Both the position numbers and the translations under genes were made by a program. The notes under the pieces were generated by a model, which had not been told where the DNA came from, made no database searches, and was given only the letters and a program-made list of their open reading frames with translations. Source: Eledone cirrhosa (Eukaryota). Taken from it: 64,000 nucleotides of DNA. The stretch is from contig OZ024749.1 of assembly GCA_964016885.1 (NCBI GenBank), positions 34,782,001 through 34,846,000 on the forward strand, given 5' to 3'. This document shows, piece by piece, positions 1-9,959 of this stretch (within the stretch, counting starts at the first letter, position 1; the number at the start of each line of letters is the position of its first letter).

Positions 1-592
1 ATGTTTTTACTGTACAGTAAACATCTTTTATATTCAAGTGTTGGTGTATCTCAAGCAAATTTTTTTTTTTTTTTTAAGTATAAAATTCATAACTTTATTC
101 ACAGAAAAATTTATTTAAAGAAATGAAGAATAGAAGAAAAAGAAGAGAAATTAAATCAAAGAAATTAAACAACGAAAGGAAATGAAGAGGGGGGGAAGTG
201 TCAGATTCTACACCCCAGTCTGAATGGTATTGCTCAGCTGCATCCTACAGACAAAATAACAAAGGCATTACCATGGAGAATGCCCTGTGACGCCCTCTGC
301 AAAAGCTACTCCACTTTACAGGCGTCCTTCCTCGGTGGGTGGCCATTTTTCCGATTTTTTCCAGTTGTGATGGGAGGCCAGCCATATCAAGGCTCCTTTG
401 GATTAGGTAATTCAGAGCTGTGTATCAGGGAAAGTGGCCTGTGTTAAGGTGGCAGGATTGTTGGTGCAGACTGAACTCGTCAACAACATCTCCATAATGG
501 CATCTGTGTGGCTCACACATTCAGAGTCGGTGACGCTATACCACTCCAATGTGAGTGCACTTGTCATCAAGTAGGGCACCATGGATTTTATC

Positions 593-960
593 TTAACCCT
601 TTCATCACTATATTTCTAATGAAATACACATTTAATTAATGAAGAATTTTTAAGGGTTTACTAAACTTATTATTTCAATAACATATGGTTCTTATATAAA
701 ACTATGGTGGAAAATTTAAACTTAACTCTTAACTACTAGTGAACCAATCTTTTTGAAAATTTGCAGTATTAGAGTAAACACATTAATTTTTAATCTGATG
801 CAGTCATAGTGCTGTTTGTTTGTTTTATTTAACTTTTCAAAAATGTTTTGTTAATGTGGTTTCATGTGGTACAGGATGTTAAGTGTTAAATAGGAACTGT
901 TTAAAATACAGTTAATTACTGAAAAATTTTGAGTTAATGAATTCAATTTTTAATTATTTC
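593..960. mobile_element. TTAA-ended (piggyBac-like) MITE family A copy, interrupted by a second element at 722-889
   Basis: Begins TTAA-CCCTTTCATCACTATATTTCTAATGAAATACAC. The reverse complement of this end recurs near 39820-39847 and 60800-60832. The insert at 722-889 is bounded by TTAA on both sides. Confidence 0.55.
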
Positions 961-1001
961 ATTAGTAAGATAGGAACTTAACATATGGTTCTTATATAAA
1001 A

Positions 1002-1705
1002 CTAGCTGAGGTACCCGGCTTCACCTGGGAGAATAGTTAAGAGAAGACGGATAAAAGAGAAAACAACTGTATTGGATGTGTTGTCTGGTATGAGGTGAGA
1101 CAGTAATGTGTGAGTATGTGTGAGAGAGACATAAAAAAAACAATCATAAAACTTCCTTATAGACTGGGGGAGTAAACTGCCGATTAAGTGGTAGCATTGG
1201 CCTTCGATTTTAAAGGTTGTGAAATAACCATAGTTAGTGTGATCATTTTCAGCTCCAAAGGACGTCATCTGAAACATAGCAATATACTGCATAACATGGC
1301 CTTTGAAGTGTTTAGCTTTGTTAGTACAGACTGTAAGTAGTATGGATAAGAGCTGGAGGGTAGATTAATTTCAAATAGTATCAATTTTTTTTGTTCTGTA
1401 AAATCAAAGATTGTAAACCGACTTTATAAAAGCTAACGCAATATTGTTAAACCTTCAAAGGGTCTATAGTTTAAGCCGTTTCTAGACTTTTGTGGGACGT
1501 TACACTCTCTCTCTCTCTGAATATCTAACAATTTAATTGTATCTCTCTCTGTATAACAGCCTATCTCTCTCTTTCTACCTTTCTCTCTGTGTTTCTCTCT
1601 CTCTTTAGATGTGTGTGTATGTATTTGTGTATGTATGTGTGTGTGTGTAGTTTTCGTGTGATTCAACCAACGAACCAATAAACATCTCTCATTTATATAT
1701 ACAGA
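1002..1705 (-). mobile_element. Non-autonomous Helitron with a Rep fragment
   Basis: Minus strand starts A|TCTGTATATATAAA (5' TC) and ends with hairpin CCCAGG-TGAAG-CCGGG followed about 8 nt later by CTAG|T. Internal minus-strand peptide FQMTSFGA...FKIEGQCYHLIGSLLP is a Helitron Rep-like motif. The flanks rejoin as an intact MITE-A sequence with no TSD. Confidence 0.85.
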
Positions 1706-1843
1706 TTATGTTGGAAGATTTTAATTTAAATTGGAGCCCTTTAAAATGGCTGGTTTTGTTTCATAGAACCAGAGCTGGCTTTGTATGGGTTGGTATCAAA
1801 AGGGGATAAGTATTTGAGTAAAAAAACATGACTATATCATTGC

Positions 1844-1888
<45 letters not shown>

Positions 1889-2199
1889 TATCATCTGCAT
1901 TATCATCATCATCATCATCATCATCACCATAATTACTATAATTCATTGATCACTATAATTCATTGATCAACTAGCAATAGACAAATGCAGTACATGATGT
2001 ACAGAGAGCAATACATTTCTGTTAATTATTTCATCTTACCCATATTTGATAGGGGTTTTTACTAACGGCTTGAGAGAAAGAGAAGTAATAGAAACCGTTG
2101 TGAATAAATTGTGTCGTGTTAATGAAACTAATAGATTATACATAAGTACTCAAGTTTTGGATGACGAAACATGGAAACATTTATGATTTCTGTATGAAC

Positions 2200-2565
2200 T
2201 TATACACATTTACATACACATACATATACACACATAAATATGTATGTGTTTGTGTGTATATATATATATATATATATGTAAATATATATATATACATATG
2301 TACATACATGTGTGTATATATATATATATATGTAAATATATATATATACATATGTACATACATGTGTGTGTATATATATATGTAAATATATATATATACA
2401 TATGTACATACATGTGTGTATATATATATATATGTAAATATATATATATATATATACATATGTACATACATGTGTGTATATATGTATATATATATACATG
2501 CACATATATATGGGTGTGTGTATATATATACACGTATGTGTGTGTGTGTGTATATATATATATAT
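2200..2565. repeat. Compound (TA)n/(TG)n microsatellite with a repeated ~55-60 bp higher-order unit
   Basis: Repeated GTAAA(TA)nCATATGTACATACATGTGTG blocks; source of the YIYI ORFs. Confidence 0.9.
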
Positions 2566-2880
2566 CAGCAAATTTTGAATGGGACATTAGGAATAAGACT
2601 TTTCTCAGACGTTCGTTTCCGTTGGGAAAGCGGAAAATGAAATTGAATTATTTTATTTTGGTGTAAATTAAAACAAAATAATAAAATTTATAAAGTTTCT
2701 TTTCTTTTTTTAAAATCAATTTTATAGATATGTCAATTAATTCAATAATTCCTCTAGAGTAGAGATATTGCCCTCTGATGTCCCTCCCAGACACTTCCCC
2801 AATCAGCAGTCACACTAACCTACCACATGGAATTAACAAGCTACACACACACACATGAATATATATATATATATATATAT

Positions 2881-3294
2881 ATATTGGTAAACGGAATAGA
2901 AAATGCTGACAAATTGTTCACAGTTGAAAAATGGTTTAATTAGGAATAAAAGAGTATTAGTGATTGTATGGGTTAGTATTCAGTTGTGGTTTTAAGTTTT
3001 TAAGTTTTTACCGGTTGCGCATTTCTAAATGCTTTTCAAAAATAATTTTGAGATAGAGTGTCCGTGCTGTTTGCTAGAGCAAACAGCACGGACACTCTAT
3101 CTCATTTAAGCATTTAGAAATGCGCAACCGGTAAAAACTTAAAAACTTAAAACCACAACTGAATACTAACCCATACAATCACTAATACTCTTTTATTCCT
3201 AATTAAACCATTTTTCAACTGTGAACAATTTGTCAGCATTTTCTATTCCGTTTACCAATATATAATAACTTGTGTGTTACACCTCTATTCTTTT
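2881..3294. repeat. Long palindrome (foldback element family A, copy 1) between (TA)n tracts
   Basis: 2881-3075 is the reverse complement of 3078-3261 (2-nt spacer AG; small deletion in the right arm near 3105). The right arm extends to 3294. Confidence 0.9.
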
Positions 3295-3320
3295 AACTAT
3301 ATATATATATATATATATAT

Positions 3321-3697
3321 ATGCAAAGGTTTTATTTAAAATTGTTGGGTTACAACAAGTAAATATTTTATAACTGATATAAAGCACTCGACAAGTTTTT
3401 GGAGTAGATATATGATATTAAACAAATGGAAACTATATTTATAAAACCATATTTATTTCATTATACATATTTCAGGGATACTATATTAAAAATATGGCAT
3501 GCCTATTATACTATCCAGACAGCTTCCTAATATAATGGTCGCTTATAATATGGTACGTCAAAATTATTTATAAAACTGTTTATATATTGTATTTTATCTG
3601 ACGAAGGCATGCCATATTTTTAATATGGTATCCCTGAAATATGTATAATGAAATAAATATGCTTTTATAAATATAGTTTCCATTTGTTTAATATCAT
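3321..3697 (+). mobile_element. Short hammerhead-carrying element family B (PLE pLTR/retrozyme-like) with an internal inverted partial copy at 3411-3504
   Basis: Flanked by (TA)n. Homologous in inverted orientation to 4449-4706. Segment 3411-3504 is the reverse complement of 3605-3697. Confidence 0.7.
3590..3655 (+). ncRNA. Type I minimal hammerhead ribozyme
   Basis: Stem I TATTTTAT/ATGAAATA; CTGACGA 3598-3604; stem II AGG-C-ATGCCATATT/AATATGGTAT-C-CCT; GAAA 3636-3639; self-complementary stem III ATATGTAT; AUA cleavage triplet with H17 at 3647. Confidence 0.8.
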
Positions 3698-3756
3698 ATA
3701 TATATATATATATATATATATGAAAAGTGTAATTTACTACACAAAACGAAGGTTAT

Positions 3757-4200
3757 AGAGAAAATTGTGGTTGGTAATGGCACATGGAATATATAAGAGA
3801 CAGAATACTTTTTTGTGAAAAAACATATAATTTTATAAGGTAAGGAAATAATAAAGGGTATAAAAAATGACCGGTTTCGATGGGTCTGCAAAAGCCATCT
3901 TTTCAAATGTTGATTAATATTAAGAAAAATTAATAAGAAGAAGAGTTAAAATTTGAGATTTGAAAATTCAAGTATAAAATTCGTTGTGGGATTTCATAGT
4001 AGTTTTCATCTTGGTAGCAGCTCGTTGACATATTTTTCTTAATATTAATCAACATTTGAAAAGATGGCTTTTGCAGACCCATCGAAACCGGTCATTTTTT
4101 ATACCCTTTATTATTTCCTTACCTTATAAAATTATATGTTTTTTCACAAAAAAGTATTCTGTCTCTTATATATTCCATGTGCCATTACCAACCACAATTT

Positions 4201-4205
<5 letters not shown>
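3757..4205. repeat. Long inverted repeat (about 174 bp arms, about 100 bp spacer), foldback element family C
   Basis: 3757-3930 is the reverse complement of 4032-4205. Flanked by (TA)n and (TC)n(TA)n. Confidence 0.9.
4051..4098 (+). ncRNA. Hammerhead-like motif with U3-A8 core (mirror copy on the minus strand at about 3864-3911)
   Basis: TTGAAAA 4056-4062, stem II GATGG/CCATC, GAAA 4084-4087, palindromic ACCGGT, GUC triplet (C at 4093). Stem I is imperfect (AACAT/ATTTT). Confidence 0.6.
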
Positions 4206-4265
<60 letters not shown>

Positions 4266-4266
<1 letters not shown>

Positions 4267-4413
4267 ACCAGGGCGTGTAATGCGAAGTTACTGTAGGTTC
4301 ACCCAGGTGATGTTTAGGTTCACATCAGTGTCGAGGTGTAGAGCTAGACAGAGTGTAATATGATAATACAAGGACGATTGGTTAAGTAATGAAGACTGAA
4401 CCAATCATCCTTG

Positions 4414-4420
<7 letters not shown>
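4266..4420 (+). mobile_element. Deleted derivative of element family D with a terminal hairpin
   Basis: Matches the reverse complement of both ends of 9283-9537 but lacks the ribozyme. Local inverted repeat ATAATACAAGGACGATTGGTT / AACCAATCATCCTTGTATTAT. Confidence 0.65.
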
Positions 4421-4448
<28 letters not shown>

Positions 4449-4449
<1 letters not shown>

Positions 4450-4703
4450 GATATTAATAAATGGAAACTATATTTATAAAACCATATTTATTTCATTATA
4501 CATATTTCAGGGATACCAAATTAAATTATGGTATGCCTTCATCAGACAAAATACAATATATAACAGTTTTACAAATAAGCTTTGACGTACCCTATTAAAA
4601 TGCAACCATTATTTTTGGAAGCCATCCGGATACTTGTTGAGTGCTTTATATCAGTTATAAAAATATTTACTTGTTGTATCCCAACAATTTTAAATAGAAC
4701 TTT

Positions 4704-4706
<3 letters not shown>
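4449..4706 (-). mobile_element. Short hammerhead-carrying element family B, second copy
   Basis: Reverse-complement homolog of 3321-3400 plus 3510-3697, between (TA)n tracts. Confidence 0.7.
4489..4553 (-). ncRNA. Type I minimal hammerhead ribozyme
   Basis: Minus strand: TATTTTGT-CTGATGA-AGGCATACCATAATTTAATTTGGTATCCCT-GAAA-TATGTAT-A-ATGAAATA. Confidence 0.8.
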
Positions 4707-4750
<44 letters not shown>

Positions 4751-4814
4751 GCAGTCTCAGATACTTCTGTATATATATAGAGAGAACTTTATCAGTCATA
4801 TATATATATGTATG

Positions 4815-5230
4815 GTGGCTGCCAACTCGTTTTTGAGTACGGCCACTACTTTATATCCATGTAGGACTGCATCAAGGGGGCGCTCAAAAAAAGAAACATC
4901 CCTTGTGAGCACTGGGAAGCTTGCACTAGCAACCGATCGCATTGGAGGAAAGCAGTGGCTGGTGGCAAGAGTCTATTTGAGGAAACAAGAAGAAGGCACG
5001 AGACACTAAAAAGAGATGTCCGGAAAGGAATCCATGTTGGCCTTCCCGAAGGCACTAACAGACGGCCTGACCTGACATGTGAGACCTGTAATAGGGTTTG
5101 TCTGAGCATGGCAGGTCTAAAGAGTCACCTGAGAGTGCACAAGAACAGGGAAGCAGGCACCTGTGGAGCTATAAGTGTTCATCAGACGACGACATGTAAT
5201 GTTTGTGGAAGGGTATGCAGGTCGAGTAGT
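4815..5230 (+). pseudogene. RTE-clade LINE ORF C-terminal fragment with a C2H2 finger
   Basis: LATDR...FEETRRRHETLKRDVRK...CETCNRVCLSMAGLKSHLRVH, a typical RTE-type C-terminus. Frameshifted and truncated by (TA)n. Confidence 0.7.
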
Positions 5231-5266
5231 GATATATATGTATACATATATATATATACACACATA

Positions 5267-5528
5267 CATCATCATCATTTCATTTTACGTCCGCTTTTTC
5301 CCTGCTTGCAAGGGTGGGACAGGAACTGATTCTGGCTAGATTTTTACAGCTGGATGCCCTTCCTAACACCAACCTCATTTACAGTGAGTGTTGGGTGCTT
5401 TTTTCCGTGGCACCTCCACGTCCACTTTACAGTGGAATGATATGGACCCCAGTCCCTATCATCTCATTTCTACAGCTGAGTAAACTGAAGCAATGTGAAA
5501 TAAAGTGTCTTGCTCAAGGAAACAACAC
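5267..5528 (-). mobile_element. 5'-truncated tRNA/CORE-type SINE with RTE-derived tail
   Basis: Near-identical to the reverse complement of 34915-35180. Confidence 0.85.
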
Positions 5529-5583
5529 ATATACATATATATGTATATATAAATATGTATGCATGTATGTATGTATGTATGTA

Positions 5584-5673
<90 letters not shown>

Positions 5674-6411
5674 TATAATAGACCTACACTATCGCTCTCT
5701 AATAGACCTACACTGTCACTCTCTAATAGGTTTACACTACCACTGAGTCACTCTCTAATAGATTTACACTGCCACTGTTTAAGCTGTGCCAGCAAACAAG
5801 GTCTTAGGAAAGGAAGTGAGGTGAAAGAAAATAAGAAGAGCTATAGGATGGGTGGAGGAAGAAATTTCTATCATCTCCGAAGAGAGACGTAGGTCAGCTA
5901 GGTACAGGGTTATAACATCCTAGAAACACATGTGGTGATGATCGTTAGAGGTACCTGGTTAATCCATGTGTTTCAGAAAATATTTACACCTGTAAACTGC
6001 CAGAAGATGTAATTGCTGCATTGTTTTATTGAATATTACAAAAATCAATAATAGGAAATAGATATTGGTTAATGAAGTAACAGCTGAATGTGTAGGTGTT
6101 GGAGATAAACAACAACAGCAGCAGCAACAACAACTACAACAGCAGCAGCAGCAACAGCTGTGACCCTTCATTGCTGGTTGTAAGTTTAAAATCAACCTTT
6201 GACAAAAAAAAAAACTGTACTATTGTGGTAGCAACTCATTGATAGATCAATTTAGTTGAGAATATATTCAGGTAGATTTATGAGGTCAGTGAGTGTGTGA
6301 AGAGGAAGTAGAGGAGGTGTAAGAGTTTGATAGTTTGTTACCTTTTCTGAAACTTTGAAACTCAATAAAAGATTATCATATTTTTGTCAAACATGTGTGT
6401 GTGTATATATA

Positions 6412-6875
6412 TCATCATCATCATCATCAACGTTTAACATCCGTGTTCCACGCTTGCATGGGTTTGGACGGGGGTTTCCCACTTGAGGCAAGAGTGATTG
6501 TCTTGCTCGCATAGGACTGTCTGGCAGGTTTTCTACAGTTGGATGCCCTTCCTAACACCAACCACATTTACAGTGTGGGTCTGGGAGGTTTTTACCGTGT
6601 TGCCTACACGGCCACATTACAGCGTGGACTGTGTGTTTTTTTGTCGTGACACCTACACGATCTCATTTGTTTCGGCCTGGATGGTGTGGCACCAACATAA
6701 CTTTACATAGAAGGGGGCGGTGTGGATGGGGTGGGGGTGGTGGGACGGGGGTGTATTTTGTTAGAGATGCCTACTGACTGTAGTAGGTTTTACTATGTAT
6801 TTAGGTAAGGCGGGTCTTCTCTATTACTGAGTACCGCCAAAGGTCTCGGTCCAGTGACATTGTCTTGGAGAGGTG
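6412..6875 (-). mobile_element. RTE LINE 3' UTR-like fragment with (ATG)n tail
   Basis: Shares TTCTACAG.TGGATGCCCTTCCTAACACCAAC and the terminal motif with 52779-53100. Confidence 0.6.
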
Positions 6876-6890
6876 ATATATATATATATA

Positions 6891-7772
6891 CAGGGTGCGG
6901 ATGATATCTGTTCGCAAGATTACTGTCTAGGAAAAAATAACACAGTAGTTTTATTTTTTAAGATATGGGTCAGTTTGTCTTCATGACTTATTCTTTCAAT
7001 CTCACTTGATAAACCCGCCATTGGCTTTGATGATGGCCTCAAGGCGGCCTCGGAACCGGCTACAGGCCTTCGTCACTGTCCCCCAACTTAGGCCCCTAAG
7101 ACACTTGTGATCCTGGCGTTCAGATCGTCTTTTGTATTGCAGCTAGATCTGTTGGTATTTAGTTCCACTGTGCCCCACACAAAAAAGTCGAGGAGGTTGC
7201 AGTCAGGCGAGCTGGGAGGCCAGATGTCAGGTGAAATGTGCTCGACGGAGTTCTCTGACAGCCAGGCTTGGGTCTTTCGGCTGGTATGGCAGGGCGCTGT
7301 GTCTTGCTGCCACACGTACGGCCTACCTGCAGCTACCTGATCGATCCAGGGCTTTACTACCTCGCTCAGAACGCAGATGTAGCCATTGGTGTTCAGCTTG
7401 AGGCCCTCAGGGAAGAAGTAAGGTGGCATGACGTCACCTTGACTGCTGACGACACTTAAGACCAATGTTGTCGCTGGAAACTGTGTCTGCATGACTCTGG
7501 GCACATCTTTGGATGAGACAGCGAGCCACCTGTTGTTCTGGGAGTTGATCTTCTGGTCTTATTTGTCCTCCCGGTGCAGATTCCAAGAAGAACTCCATGT
7601 CTCTTCCACAAATTTGGAGGTTCAAAATTATTCATAATCAATTATTCTGAAAATAAATAAATAATGGAAATATATTCACTGTTTTTATGAAGACAAGAGT
7701 GACAACGGAAGTAAAAAAAAATTGCATAAAATTAGTAGTTGAAAATTGCGAACAAATATCGTCCTCACCCTG
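6891..7772 (-). mobile_element. Internally deleted Tc1/mariner transposon, DD37D (maT) family
   Basis: About 27 bp TIRs (CAGGGTGCGGATGATATCTGTTCGCAA / TTGCGAACAAATATCGTCCTCACCCTG) with TA flanks. ORF 7088-7504 has WQQDTAPCH...WPPSSPDCNLLD with 37 residues between the last two catalytic Asp. Confidence 0.92.
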
Positions 7773-7892
7773 TATATATATATATATATATATACAATGT
7801 ATGTATGCAAAGGGTAAAAGGAATAACAAAAATAACAAAACAAATGGTGCAGTACATGGAAGGAATATATTAGTTTAACTCTTGAAATATAT

Positions 7893-8268
7893 ATCATCAT
7901 CATCATCATCATCATCATTTTACGTCCGCTTTTCCCTGCTTGCAAGGGTGGGATGGAAACTGATTCTGGCTTGATTTCTACAGCTGGATGCCCTTCCTAA
8001 CACCAACCTCATTTACAGTGAGTGCTGGGTGCTTTTTTTTCCGTAGCGCCTACACGTCCACTTTACAGTGTGGGCTGGGTGCTTTTTTGCCGTGGCGACT
8101 TTGAAGTGGAACGATAGGGACCCCAGTCCTATCATCTCATTTCTACAGCTGAGTAAACTGGAGCAATGTGAAATAAAGTGTCTTGCTCAAGGAAACAACA
8201 CATCACCCGGTCTGAGAATTGAACTGACAACCTTTCAATTGCTCTAACCGATAAGCCATGTGCCTCCA
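7893..8268 (-). mobile_element. Full-length tRNA/CORE-type SINE with RTE-derived tail
   Basis: Reverse complement of the element at 34841-35180; (ATG)n tail. Confidence 0.88.
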
Positions 8269-8354
8269 TATATATATATATGTATATATGTATGTACGTA
8301 TGTATGTATGTATGTAAGAATATTTTCGAAACAGCGAGCGGGTTTGAAATTATT

Positions 8355-8583
8355 ATAAATGTAAGCTATCGCCGCATTTTGACTAAAGAAATTAAAGAAA
8401 TTATTTAGCCTGATAACGGGTTTAAGAACCCTCGGAGAAATGGAAAAAGATGAGTATTGACGTACAATTGACTCCCATGTACGTCAATACTCATCTTTTT
8501 CTCCGAGGGTTCTTAACCCCACTATCAGGCTAAATAATTTCTTTAATTTCTTTAGTCAAAATACAGCGATAGCTTTCATTTAT
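8355..8583. repeat. Imperfect palindrome (about 110 bp arms, 11 nt spacer) between TA-rich tracts
   Basis: 8355-8466 versus 8478-8583 reverse complement, with several mismatches and a small indel. Confidence 0.88.
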
Positions 8584-8617
<34 letters not shown>

Positions 8618-8645
8618 ATAAAAAGTTTTATATATATATATATAT

Positions 8646-9070
8646 AAAAGAATAGAGGTGTAACACACAAGTTATTATATATTGGTAAACGGAATAGAAA
8701 ATGCTGACAAATTGTTCACAGTTGAAAAATGGTTTAATTAGGAATAAAAGAGTATTAGTGATTGTATGGGTTAGTATTCAGTTGTGGTTTTAAGTTTTTA
8801 AGTTTTTACCGGTTGCGCATTTCTAAATGCTTTTCAAAAATAATTTTGAGATAGAGTGTCCGTGCTGTTTGCTCAGATCAGAGCAAACAGCACGGACACT
8901 CTATCTCAAAATTATTTTTGAAAAGCATTTAGAAATGCGCAACCGGTAAAAACTTAAAAACTTAAAACCACAACTGAATACTAACCCATACAATCACTAA
9001 TACTCTTTTATTCCTAATTAAACCATTTTTCAACTGTGAACAATTTGTCAGCATTTTCTATTCCGTTTAC
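8646..9070. repeat. Long palindrome (foldback element family A, copy 2)
   Basis: 8685-8874 is the reverse complement of 8881-9070 (spacer AGATCA). Essentially identical to the 2881-3294 sequence; here the left arm is the longer one. Confidence 0.9.
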
Positions 9071-9114
9071 ATATATATATATATATGTATATATATATGT
9101 ATATATATATATGT

Positions 9115-9268
9115 AATGATGCTTCGTCCTTGAAGACGCACCCTAATTTTGACAACCAAAAATTTGAAAAAAAATAATAAACAACCTTCGGCCTCCAGGA
9201 CCCATGGTAGAGTTTTGAGACTTATTTTAGGAAAAAAGTAATGTCTTCGACGCCGGGAGATACGGTAT
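9115..9268. mobile_element. pogo/Tc2-like MITE end fragment
   Basis: Ends GTCTTCGACGCCGGGAGATACGG-TA with an internal AAGACGCACC repeat. A similar terminus TACCGTAT...GACGCAC lies at 27996. Confidence 0.5.
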
Positions 9269-9282
9269 ATTTATATATATAT

Positions 9283-9537
9283 AGTTAAATAAGATAACAA
9301 GGATGATTGGTTACTCCTTCATTACGTTTATTGGTTGGTGACGCACGTTTCACCACTGACCAGTTCAAGGTTCGATCTGTATCGATCTGACCTGACTCTG
9401 AAATCCGCGGCTCGTCAGACCCCTCGTAATGTTAATGGAAGAATGAATACATGCTGTATGATGAAGTCAGAAGTGAACCTAAACATCAAGTGCTCACTCG
9501 GGTGAGCCTACAGTAACTCCAAGTTACACTCCCTGGA
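9283..9537 (-). mobile_element. Short hammerhead-carrying element family D in (TA)n
   Basis: Bounded by (TA)n on both sides, homologous to 4266-4420, contains a complete hammerhead. Confidence 0.7.
9320..9431 (-). ncRNA. Type I hammerhead ribozyme with long stem II and extended stem I
   Basis: Minus strand: CATTACG-AGG-GGT-CTGACGA-GCCGC...(about 50 nt imperfect hairpin)...GTGGT-GAAAC-GTGC-GTC-ACC-AACC-AATAAA-CGTAATG. Canonical core; GUC site with C17 at 9340. Confidence 0.85.
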
Positions 9538-9959
9538 TATATATATATATATATTGGTTTATGAAGCTAGTTGAAGAGAATCGGTACAGCTCTGGCTGTC
9601 ACTTATTCAATCATAATATAACGTTTGTACATGAGAAATATAAGCCTATAACCCAGAATGCACACATACATTAATCAATAAGATAAACGATTACTTGTGG
9701 GTAATAATATTTGTATATCATATAAACCCGGACTGTTAAGCAGTTTGTCTACTCCAATCTGTAAACAATAGTTCCAGCTGGAACTACTATTCACAGTTGT
9801 TAGGTAATATCTGCAGACATAACATAACTTGGTGTTGGAAAGCACTTTCTCAGCAAGTATCACCTTCCACGAATGGAAAAGTTTGTTTAAACAACTCATA
9901 CAAGTCCAGTCACTGCCATTGTAAGTGTAGCAGTTTCAAACTTGTAGTGACATGTGACC

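Noticed and set aside
2161-2666. YIYIYI, THTH, LSLS and poly-D/V/M ORFs here and throughout the window
   Set aside because: Translations of microsatellites.
4955-5230. C2H2 zinc-finger host gene exon
   Set aside because: The context is the C-terminus of an RTE-type LINE ORF with an upstream frameshift.
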